DNA from: the human T2T-CHM13v2.0 reference genome, Homo sapiens | Reading direction: 5' to 3' (one strand) | DNA length: 64,000 nt | Assembly: GCF_009914755.1 (NCBI RefSeq) | Contig: NC_060943.1 | Part shown: positions 1 to 11,800 of the stretch, piece after piece | Layout of the letters: every line of letters begins with the position of its first letter | Position numbering within the stretch: the stretch's first letter is position 1 | Notes under the pieces: generated by a model | The model's input: only the letters and a program-made list of their open reading frames with translations | The model's database searches: none | What the model was told of the DNA's origin: nothing | Program-made: the position numbers and the translations under genes

Positions 1-60
1 CAGCCGCTTTGAGGTCAATGGTAGAATAGGAAATATCTTCCTATAGAAACTAGACAGAAT

Positions 61-229
61 GATTCTCAGAAACTCCTTTGTGATGTGTGCGTTCAACTCA
101 CAGAGTTTAACCTTTCTTTTCATAGCGCAGTTGGGAAACACTCTGTTTGTAAAGTCTGCAAGTGGATATTCAGACATCCTTGAGGCTTTCGTTGGAAACG
201 GGATTTGTTCATATTCTGCTAGAAAGAAG
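61..229 (+). repeat. Representative B-type (J2-like) monomer, 169 bp, carrying the CENP-B box
   Basis: Starts GATTCTCAGAAACTCC at 61; the next monomer starts AATTCTCAGTAAC at 230; contains TTTCGTTGGAAACGGGA. Confidence 0.9.
187..203 (+). promoter_or_regulatory. CENP-B box (first of about 188, one per dimer)
   Basis: TTTCGTTGGAAACGGGA matches YTTCGTTGGAARCGGGA. Other common intact forms are CTTCGTTGGAAACGGGA and CTTCGTTGGAAGCGGGA. Confidence 0.97.
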
Positions 230-234
230 AATTC
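229..234. other. EcoRI site once per dimer (classic 340-bp EcoRI alphoid dimer)
   Basis: GAATTC at the B-to-A monomer junction. The other junction reads GAATGATTC. Confidence 0.93.
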
Positions 235-400
235 TCAGTAACTTCCTTGTGTTGTGTGTATTCAACTCACAGAGTTGAACGATCCTTTACACAGAGCAGA
301 CTTGAAACACTCTTTTTGTGGAATTTGCAAGTGGAGATTTCAGCCGCTTTGAGGTCAATGGTAGAATAGGAAATATCTTCCTATAGAAACTAGACAGAAT
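230..400 (+). repeat. Representative A-type (J1-like) monomer, 171 bp, without a CENP-B box
   Basis: Starts AATTCTCAGTAACTTCC. The box-equivalent position reads TCAATGGTAGAATAGGAA (A-box/pJalpha-type). Confidence 0.88.
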
Positions 401-3118
401 GATTCTCAGAAACTCCTTTGTGATGTGTGCGTTCAACTCACAGAGTTTAACCTTTCTTTTCATAGAGCAGTTGGGAAACACTCTGTTTGTAAAGTCTGCA
501 AGTGGATATTCAGACATCCTTGAGGCTTTCGTTGGAAACGGGATTTCTTCATATTCTGCTAGAAGGAAGAATTCTCAGTAACTTCCTTGTGTTGTGTGTA
601 TTCAACTCACAGAGTTGAACGATCCTTTATACAGAGCAGACTTGAAACACTCTTTTTGCGGAATTTGCAAGTGGAGATTTCAGCCGCTTTGAGGTCAATG
701 GTAGAATAGGAAATATCTTCCTATAGAAACTAGACAGAATGATTCTCAGAAACTCCTTTGTGATGTGTGCGTTCAACTCACACAGTTTAACCTTTCTTTT
801 CATAGAGCAGTTGGGAAACACTCTGTTTGTAAAGTCTGCAAGTGGATATTCAGACCTCCTTGAGGCCTTCGTTGGAAACGGGATTTCTTCATATTATGCT
901 AGACAGAAGAATTCTCAGTAACTTCCTTGTGTTGTGTGTATTCAACTCACAGAGTTGAACGATCCTTTACACAGAGCAGACTTGAAACACTCTTTTTGTG
1001 GAATTTGCAAGTGGATATTTCAGCCGCTTTGAAGTCAATGGTAGAATAGGAAATATCTTCCTATAGAAACTAGACAGAATGATTCTCAGAAACTCCTTTG
1101 TGATGTGTGCGTTCAACTCACACAGTTTAACCTTTCTTTTCATAGAGCTGTTAGGAAACACTCTGTTTGTAAAGTCTGCAAGTGGATATTCAGACCTCCT
1201 TGAGGCCTTCGTTGGAAACGGGATTTCTTCATATTCTGCTAGAAAGAAGAATTCTCAGTAACTTCCTTGTGTTGTGTGTATTCAACTCACAGAGTTGAAC
1301 GATCCTTTACACAGAGCAGACTTGAAACACTCTTTTTGTGGAATTTGCAAGTGGAGATTTCAGCCGCTTTGAGGTCAATGGTAGAATAGGAAATATCTTC
1401 CTATAGAAACTAGACAGAATGATTCTCAGAAACTCCTTTGTGATGTGTGCGTTCAACTCACAGAGTTTAACCTTTCTTTTCATAGAGCAGTTAGGAAACA
1501 CTCTGTTTGTAAAGTCTGCAAGTGGATATTCAGACATCCTTGAGGCTTTCGTTGGAAACGGGATTTCTTCATATTCTGCTAGAAAGAAGAATTCTCAGTA
1601 ACTTCCTTGTGTTGTGTGTATTCAACACACAGAGTTGAACGATCCTTTACACAGAGCAGACTTGAAACACTCTTTTTGTGGAATTTGCAAGTGGAGATTT
1701 CAGCCGCTTTGAGGTCAATGGTAGAATAGGAAATATCTTCCTATAGAAACTAGACAGAATGATTCTCAGAAACTCCTTTGTGATGTTTGCGTTCAACTCA
1801 CAGAGTTCAACCTTTCTTTTCATAGAGCAGTTGGGAAACACTCTGTTTGTAAAGTCTGCAAGTGGATATTCAGACTTCTTTGAGGCCTTCGTTGGAAGCG
1901 GGATTTCTTCATGTTCTGCTAGACAGAAGAATTCTCAGTAACTGCCTTGTGTTGTGTGTATTCAACTCACAGAGTTGAACGATCCTTTACACAGAGCAGA
2001 CTTGAAACACTCCTTTTGTGGAATTTGCAAGTGGAGATTTCAGCCGCTTTGAGGTCAATGGTAGAATAGGAAATATCTTCCTATAGAAACTAGACAGAAT
2101 GATTCTCAGAAACTCCTTTGTGATGTGTGCGTTCAACTCACAGAGTTTAACCTTTCTTTTCATAGAGCAGTTAGGAAACACTCTGTTTGTAAAGTCTGCA
2201 AGTGGATATTCAGACATCCTTGAGGCTTTCGTTGGAAACGGGATTTCTTCATATTCTGCTAGAAAGAAGAATTCTCAGTAACTTCCTTGTGTTGTGTGTA
2301 TTCAACTCACAGAGTTGAACGATCCTTTACACAGAGCAGACTTGAAACACTCTTTTTGTGGAATTTGCAAGTGGAGATTTCAGCCGCTTTGAGGTCAATG
2401 GTAGAATAGGAAATATCTTCCTATAGAAACTAGACAGAATGATTCTCAGAAACTCCTTTGTGATGTGTGCGTTCAACTCACAGAGTTTAACCTTTCTTTT
2501 CATAGAGCAGTTAGGAAACACTCTGTTTGTAAAGTCTGCAAGTGGATATTCAGACATCCTTGAGGCTTTCGTTGGAAACGGGATTTCTTCATATTCTGCT
2601 AGAAAGAAGAATTCTCAGTAACTTCCTTGTGTTGTGTGTATTCAACTCACAGAGTTGAACGATCCTTTACACAGAGCAGACTTGAAACACTCTTTTTGTG
2701 GAATTTCCAAGTGGAGATTTCAGCCGCTTTGAGGTCAATGGTAGAATAGGAAATATCTTCCTATAGAAACTAGACAGAATGATTCTCAGAAACTCCTTTG
2801 TGATGTGTGCGTTCAACTCACAGAGTTTAACCTTTCTTTTCATAGAGCAGTTGGGAAACACTCTGTTTGTAAAGTCTGCAAGTGGATATTCAGACATCCT
2901 TGAGGCTTTCGTTGGAAACGGGATTTCTTCATATTCTGCTAGAAAGAAGAATTCTCAGTAACTTCCTTGTGTTGTGTGTATTCAACTCACAGAGTTGAAC
3001 GATCCTTTACACAGAGCAGACTTGAAACACTCTTTTTGTGGAATTTGCAAGTGGAGATTTCAGCCGATTTGAGATCAATGGTAGAATAGGAAATATCTTC
3101 CTATAGAAACTAGACAGA

Positions 3119-5834
3119 ATGATTCTCAGAAACTCCTTTGTGATGTGTGCGTTCAACTCACAGAGTTTAACCTTTCTTTTCATAGAGCAGTTAGGAAACA
3201 CTCTGTTTGTAAAGTCTGCAAGTGGATATTCAGACCTCCTTGAGGCCTTCGTTGGAAACGGGATTTCTTCATATTATGCTAGACAGAAGAATTCTCAGTA
3301 ACTTCCTTGTGTTGTGTGTATTCAACTCACAGAGTTGAACGATCCTTTACACAGAGCAGACTTGAAACACTCTTTTTGTGGAATTTGCAAGTGGAGATTT
3401 CAGCCGCTTTGGGTTCAATGGTAGAATAGGAAATATCTTCCTATAGAAACTGGACAGAATGATTCTCAGAAACTCCTTTGTGATGTGTGCGTTCAACTCA
3501 CAGAGTTCAACCTTTCTTTTCATAGAGCAGTTGGGAAACACTCTGTTTGTAAAGTCTGCAAGTGGATATTCAGACTTCTTTGAGGCCTTCGTTGGAAGCG
3601 GGATTTCTTCATGTTCTGCTAGACAGAAGAATTCTCAGTAACTTCCTTGTGTTGTGTGTATTCAACTCAGAGAGTTGAACGATCCTTTACACAGAGCAGA
3701 CTTGAAACACTCTTTTTGTGGAATTTGCAAGTGGAGATTTCAGCCGCTTTGAGGTCAATGGTAGAATAGGAAATATCTTCCTATAGAAACTAGACAGAAT
3801 GATTCTCAGAAACTCCTTTGTGATGTGTGCGTTCAACTCACAGAGTTTAACCTTTCTTTTCATAGAGCAGTTAGGAAACACTCTGTAAAGTCTGCAAGTG
3901 GATATTCAGACATCCTTGAGGCTTTCGTTGGAAACGGGATTTCTTCATATTCTGCTAGAAAGAAGAATTCTCAGTAACTTCCTTGTGTTGTGCGTATTCA
4001 ACTCACAGAGTTGAACGATCCTTTACACAGAGCAGACTTGAAACACTCTTTTTGTGGAATTTGCAAGTGGAGATTTCAGCCGCTTTGAGGTCAATGGTAG
4101 AATAGGAAATATCTTCCTATAGAAACTAGACAGAATGATTCTCAGAAACTCCTTTGTGATGTGTGCGTTCAACTCACAGAGTTTAACCTTTCTTTTCATA
4201 GCGCAGTTGGGAAACACTCTGTTTGTAAAGTCTGCAAGTGGATATTCAGACATCCTTGAGGCTTTCGTTGGAAACGGGATTTCTTCATATTCTGCTAGAA
4301 AGAAGAATTCTCAGTAACTTCCTTGTGTTGTGTGTATTCAACTCACAGAGTTGAACGATCCTTTACACAGAGCAGACTTGAAACACTCTTTTTGTGGAAT
4401 TTGCAAGTGGAGATTTCAGCCGCTTTGAGGTCAATGGTAGAATAGGAAATATCTTCCTATAGAAACTAGACAGAATGATTCTCAGAAACTCCTTTGTGAT
4501 GTGTGCGTTCAACTCACACAGTTTAACCTTTCTTTTCATAGAACAGTTAGGAAACACTCTGTTTGTAAAGTCTGCAAGTGGATATTCAGACCTCCTTGAG
4601 GCCTTCGTTGGAAACGGGATTTCTTCATATTATGCTAGACAGAAGAATTCTCAGTAACTTCCTTGTGTTGTGTGTATTCAACTCACAGAGTTGAACGATC
4701 CTTTACACAGAGCAGACTTGAAACACTCTTTTTGTGGAATTTGCAAGTGGAGATTTCAGCCGCTTTGAGTTCAATGGTAGAATAGGAAATATCTTCCTAT
4801 AGAAACTAGACAGAATGATTCTCAGAAACTCCTTTGTGATGTGTGCGTTCAACTCACAGAGTTCAACCTTTCTTTTCATAGAGCAGTTGGGAAACACTCT
4901 GTTTGTAAAGTCTGCAAGTGGATATTCAGACTTCTTTGAGGCCTTCGTTGGAAGCGGGATTTCTTCATGTTCTGCTAGACAGAAGAATTCTCAGTAACTT
5001 CCTTGTGTTGTGTGTATTCAACTCAGAGAGTTGAACGATCCTTTACACAGAGCAGACTTGAAACACTCTTTTTGTGGAATTTGCAAGTGGAGATTTCAGC
5101 CGCTTTGAGGTCAATGGTAGAATAGGAAATATCTTCCTATAGAAAATAGACAGAATGATTCTCAGAAACTCCTTTGTGATGTGTGCGTTCAACTCACAGA
5201 GTTTAACCTTTCTTTTCATAGAGCAGTTAGGAAACACTCTGTTTGTAAAGTCTGCAAGTGGATATTCAGACATCCTTGAGGCTTTCGTTGGAAACGGGAT
5301 TTCTTCATATTCTGCTAGAAAGAAGAATTCTCAGTAACTTCCTTGTGTTGTGTGTATTCAACTCACAGAGTTGAACGATCCTTTACACAGAGCAGACTTG
5401 AAACACTCTTTTTGTGGAATTTGCAAGTGGAGATTTCAGCCGCTTTGAGGTCAATGGTAGAATAGGAAATATCTTCCTATAGAAACTAGACAGAATGATT
5501 CTCAGAAACTCCTTTGTGATGTGTGCGTTCAACTCACAGAGTTTAACCTTTCTTTTCATAGCGCAGTTGGGAAACACTCTGTTTGTAAAGTCTGCAAGTG
5601 GATATTCAGACATCCTTGAGGCTTTCGTTGGAAACGGGATTTCTTCATATTCTGCTAGAAAGAAGAATTCTCAGTAACTTCCTTGTGTTGTGTGTATTCA
5701 ACTCACAGAGTTGAACGATCCTTTACACAGAGCAGACTTGAAACACTCTTTTTGCGGAATTTGCAAGTGGAGATTTCAGCCGCTTTGAGGTCAATGGTAG
5801 AATAGGAAATATCTTCCTATAGAAACTAGACAGA
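3119..5834 (+). repeat. Tandem duplication of a 4-dimer (8-mer) unit
   Basis: Order L-F-I-I occurs twice. Rare ACTCAGAGAG at 3670 and 5026 (offset 1356 = 4x340-4); GCGCAG in the dimers at 4135 and 5495. Confidence 0.75.
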
Positions 5835-8800
5835 ATGATTCTCAGAAACTCCTTTGTGATGTGTGCGTTCAACTCACAGAGTTTAACCTTTCTTTTCATA
5901 GAGCAGTTGGGAAACACTCTGTTTGTAAAGTCTGCAAGTGGATATTCAGACATCCTTGAGGCTTTCGTTGGAAACGGGATTTCTTCATATTCTGCTAGAA
6001 GGAAGAATTCTCAGTAACTTCCTTGTGTTGTGTGTATTCAACTCACAGAGTTGAACGATCCTTTACACAGAGCAGACTTCAAACACTCTTTTTGCGGAAT
6101 TTGCAAGTGGAGATTTCAGCCGCTTTGAGGTCAATGGTAGAATAGGAAATATCTTCCTATAGAAACTAGACAGAATGATTCTCAGAAACTCCTTTGTGAT
6201 GTGTGCGTTCAACTCACACAGTTTAACCTTTCTTTTCATAGAGCAGTTGGGAAACACTCTGTTTGTAAAGTCTGCAAGTGGATATTCAGACCTCCTTGAG
6301 GCCTTCGTTGGAAACGGGATTTCTTCATATTATGCTAGACAGAAGAATTCTCAGTAACTTCCTTGTGTTGTGTGTATTCAACTCACAGAGTTGAACGATC
6401 CTTTACACAGAGCAGACTTGAAACACTCTTTTTGTGGAATTTGCAAGTGGAGATTTCAGCCGCTTTGAAGTCAATGCTGGAATAGGAAATATCTTCCTAT
6501 AGAAACTAGACAGAATGATTCTCAGAAACTCCTTTGTGATGTGTGCGTTCAACTCACACAGTTTAACCTTTCTTTTCATAGAGCAGTTGGGAAACACTCT
6601 GTTTGTAAAGTCTGCAAGTGGATATTCAGACCTCCTTGAGGCCTTCGTTGGAAACGGGATTTCTTCATATTCTGCTAGAAAGAAGAATTCTCAGTAACTT
6701 CCTTGTGTTGTGTGTATTCAACTCACAGAGTTGAACGATCCTTTACACAGAGCAGACTTGAAACACTCTTTTTGTGGAATTTGCAAGTGGAGATTTCAGC
6801 CGCTTTGAGGTCAATGGTAGAATAGGAAATATCTTCCTATAGAAACTAGACAGAATGATTCTCAGAAACTCCTTTGTGATGTGTGCGTTCAACTCACAGA
6901 GTTTAACCTTTCTTTTCATAGAGCAGTTAGGAAACACTCTGTTTGTAAAGTCTGCAAGTGGATATTCAGACATCCTTGAGGCTTTCGTTGGAAACGGGAT
7001 TTCTTCATATTCTGCTAGAAAGAAGAATTCTCAGTAACTTCCTTGTGTTGTGTGTATTCAACTCACAGAGTTGAACGATCCTTTACACAGAGCAGACTTG
7101 AAACACTCTTTTTGTGGAATTTGCAAGTGGAGATTTCAGCCGCTTTGAGGTCAATGGTAGAATAGGAAATATCTTCCTATAGAAACTAGACAGAATGATT
7201 CTCAGAAACTCCTTTGTGATGTGTGCGTTCAACTCACAGAGTTTAACCTTTCTTTTCATAGAGCAATTGGGAAACACTCTGTTTGTAAAGTCTGCAAGTG
7301 GATATTCAGACATCCTTGAGGCTTTCGTTGGAAACGGGATTTCTTCATATTCTGCTAGAAAGAAGAATTCTCAGTAACGTCCTTGTGTTGTGTGTATTCA
7401 ACTCACAGAGTTGAACGATCCTTTACACAGAGCAGACTTGAAACACTCTTTTTGTGGAATTTGCAAGTGGAGATTTCAGCCGCTTTGAGTTCAATGGTAG
7501 AATAGGAAATATCTTCCTATAGAAACTAGACAGAATGATTCTCAGAAACTCCTTTGTGATGTGTGCGTTCAACTCACAGAGTTCAACCTTTCTTTTCATA
7601 GAGCAGTTGGGAAACACTCTGTTTGTAAAGTCTGCAAGTGGATATTCAGACTTCTTTGAGGCCTTCGTTGGAAGCGGGATTTCTTCATATTCTGCTAGAC
7701 AGAAGAATTCTCAGTAACTGCCTTGTGTTGTGTGTATTCAACTCACAGAGTTGAACGATCCTTTACACAGAGCAGACTTGAAACACTCTTTTTGTGGAAT
7801 TTGCAAGTGGAGATTTCAGCCGCTTTGAGGTCAATGGTAGAATAGGAAATATCTTCCTATAGAAACTAGACAGAATGATTCTCAGAAACTCCTTTGTGAT
7901 GTGTGCGTTCAACTCACAGAGTTTACCCTTTCTTTTCATAGAGCAGTTAGGAAACACTCTGTTTGTAAAGTCTGCAAGTGGATATTCAGACATCCTTGAG
8001 GCTTTCGTTGGAAACGGGATTTCTTCATATTCTGCTAGAAAGAAGAATTCTCAGTAACTTCCTTGTGTTGTGTGTATTCAACTCACAGAGTTGAACGATC
8101 CTTTACACAGAGCAGACTTGAAACACTCTTTTTGTGGAATTTGCAAGTGGAGATTTCAGCCGCTTTGAGGTCAATGGTAGAATAGGAAATATCTTCCCAA
8201 AGAAACTAGACAGAATGATTCTCAGAAACTCCTTTGTGATGTGTGCGTTCAACTCACAGAGTTCAACCTTTCTTTTCATAGAGCAGTTGGGAAACACTCT
8301 GTTTGTAAAGTCTGCAAGTGGATATTCAGACTTCTTTGAGGCCTTCGTTGGAAGCGGGATTTCTTCATGTTCTGCTAGACAGAAGAATTCTCAGTAACTG
8401 CCTTGTGTTGTGTGTATTCAACTCACAGAGTTGAACGATCCCTTACACAGAGCAGACTTGAAACACTCCTTTTGTGGAATTTGCAAGTGGAGATTTCAGC
8501 CGCTTTGAGGTCAATGGTAGAATAGGAAATATCTTCCTATAGAAAGTAGACAGAATGATTCTCAGAAACTCCTTTGTGATGTGTGCGTTCAACTCACAGA
8601 GTTTAACCTTTCTTTTCATAGAGCAGTTAGGAAACACTCTGTTTGTAAAGTCTGCAAGTGGATATTCAGACATCCTTGAGGCTTTCGATGGAAACGGGAT
8701 TTCTTCATATTCTGCTAGAAAGAAGAATTCTCAGTAACTTCCTTGTGTTGTGTGTATTCAACTCACAGAGTTGAACGATCCTTTACACAGAGCAGACTTG

Positions 8801-11800
8801 AAACACTTTTTTTGTGGAATTTGCAAGTGGAGATTTCAGCCGCTTTGAGGTCAATGGTAGAATAGGAAATATCTTCCTATAGAAACTAGACAGAATGATT
8901 CTCAGAAACTCCTTTGTGATGTGTGCGTTCAACTCACAGAGTTTAACCTTTCTTTTCATAGAGCAGTTAGGAAACACTCTGTTTGTAAAGTCTGCAAGTG
9001 GATATTCAGACATCCTTGAGGCTTTCGTTGGAAACGGGATTTCTTCATATTCTGCTAGAAAGAAGAATTCTCAGTAACTTCCTTGTGTTGTGTGTATTCA
9101 ACTCACAGAGTTGAACGATCCTTTACACAGAGCAGACTTGAAACACTCTTTTTGTGGAATTTGCAAGTGGAGATTTCAGCCGCTTTGAGGTCAATGGTAG
9201 AATAGGAAATATCTTCCTATAGAAAGTAGACAGAATGATTCTCAGAAACTCCTTTGTGATGTGTGCGTTCAACTCACAGAGTTTAACCTTTCTTTTCATA
9301 GAGCAGTTGGGAAACACTCTGTTTGTAAAGTCTGCAAGTGGATATTCAGACATCCTTGAGGCTTTCGTTGTAAACGGGATTTCTTCATATTCTGCTAGAA
9401 AGAAGAATTCTCAGTAACTTCCTTGTGTTGTGTGTATTCAACTCACAGAGTTGAACGATCCTTTACACAGAGCAGACTTGAAACACTCTTTTTGTGGAAT
9501 TTGCAAGTGGAGATTTCAGCCGCTTTGAGTTCAATGGTAGAATAGGAAATATCTTCCTATAGAAACTAGACAGAATGATTCTCAGAAACTCCTTTGTGAT
9601 GTGTGCGTTCAACTCACAGAGTTTAACCTTTCTTTTCATAGAGCAGTTGGGAAACACTCTGTTTGTAAAGTCTGCAAGTGGATATTCAGACTTCTTTGAG
9701 GCCTTCGTTGGAAGCGGGATTTCTTCATGTTCTGCTAGACAGAAGAATTCTCAGAAACTTCCTTGTGTTGTGTGTTTTCAACTCACAGAGTTGAACGATC
9801 CTTTACACAGAGCAGACTTGAAACACTCCTTTTGTGGAACTTGCACGTGGAGATTTCAGCCGCTTTGAGGTCAATGGTAGAATAGGAAATATCTTCCTAT
9901 AGAAAGTAGACAGAATGATTCTCAGAAACTCCTTTGTGATGTGTGCGTTGAACTCACAGAGTTTAACCTTTCTTTTCATAGAGCAGTTAGGAAACACTCT
10001 GTTTGTAAAGTCTGCAAGTGGATATTCAGACCTCCTTGAGGCCTTCGTTGGAAACGGGATTTCTTCATATTATGCTAGACAGAAGAATTCTCAGTAACTT
10101 CCTTGTGTTGTGTGTATTCAACTCACAGAGTTGAACGATCCTTTACACAGAGCAGACTTGAAACACTCTTTTTGTGGAATTTGCAAGTGGAGATTTCAGC
10201 CGCTTTGAGTTCAATGGTAGAATAGGAAATATCTTCCTATAGAAACTAGACAGAATGATTCTCAGAAACTCCTTTGTGATGTGTGCGTTCAACTCACAGA
10301 GTTCAACCTTTCTTTTCATAGAGCAGTTGGGAAACACTCTGTTTGTAAAGTCTGCAAGTGGATATTCAGACTTCTTTGAGGCCTTCGTTGGAAGCGGGAT
10401 TTCTTCATATTCTGCTAGACAGAAGAATTCTCGGTAACTTCCTTGTGTTGTGTGTATTCAACTCACAGAGTTGAACGATCCTTTACACAGAGCAGACTTG
10501 AAACACTCTTTTTGTGGAATTTGCATGTGGAGATTTCAGCCGCTTTGAGGTCAATGGTAGAATTGGAAATATCTTCCTATAGAAACTAGACAGAATGATT
10601 CTCAGAAACTCCTTTGTGATGTGTGCGTTCAACTCACAGAGTTTAACCTTTCTTTTCATAGAGCAGTTAGGAAACACTCTGTTTGTAAAGTCTGCAAGTG
10701 GATATTCAGACCTCCTTGAGGCCTTCGTTGGAAACGGGATTTCTTCATATTATGCTAGACAGAAGAATTCTCAGTAAGTTCCTTGTGTTGTGTGTATTCA
10801 ACTCACAGAGTTGAACGATCCTTTACACAGAGCAGACTTGAAACACTCTTTTTGTGGAATTTGCAAGTGGAGATTTCAGCCGCTTTGAGGTCAATGGTAG
10901 AATAGGAAATATCTTCCTATAGAAACTAGACAGAATGATTCTCAGAAACTCCTTTGTGATGTGTGCGTTCAACTCACAGAGTTCAACCTTTCTTTTCATA
11001 GAGCAGTTGGGAAACACTCTGTTTGTAAAGTCTGCAAGTGGATATTCAGACTTCTTTGAGGCCTTCGTTGGAAGCGGGATTTCTTCATATTCTGCTAGAC
11101 AGAAGAATTCTCAGTAACTGCCTTGTGTTGTGTGTATTCAACTCACAGAGTTGAACGATCCTTTACACAGAGCAGACTTGAAACACTCTTTTTGTGGAAT
11201 TTGCAAGTGGAGATTTCAGCCGCTTTGAGGTCAATGGTAGAATAGGAAATATCTTCCTATAGAAACTAGACAGAATGATTCTCAGAAACTCCTTTGTGAT
11301 GTGTGCGTTCAACTCACAGAGTTTACCCTTTCTTTTCATAGAGCAGTTAGGAAACACTCTGTTTGTAAAGTCTGCAAGTGGATATTCAGACATCCTTGAG
11401 GCTTTCGTTGGAAACGGGATTTCTTCATATTCTGCCAGAAAGAAGAATTCTCAGTAACTTCCTTGTGTTGTGTGTATTCAACTCACAGAGTTGAACGATC
11501 CTTTACACAGAGCAGACTTGAAACACTCTTTTTGTGGAATTTGCAAGTGGAGATTTCAGCCGCTTTGAGTTCAATGGTAGAATAGGAAATATCTTCCTAT
11601 AGAAACTAGACAGAATGATTCTCAGAAACTCCTTTGTGATGTGTGCGTTCAACTCACAGAGTTCAACCTTTCTTTTCATAGAGCAGTTGGGAAACACTCT
11701 GTTTGTAAAGTCTGCAAGTGGATATTCAGACTTCTTTGAGGCCTTCGTTGGAAGCGGGGTTTCTTCATGTTCTGCTAGACAGAAGAATTCTCAGAAACTT

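Noticed and set aside
8683-11760. CENP-B box variants TTCGATGG (dimer 8555), GTTGTAAAC (9235) and CGGGGT (11615)
   Set aside because: The changes fall on non-core positions of nTTCGnnnnAnnCGGGn, so they were not counted as disrupted.
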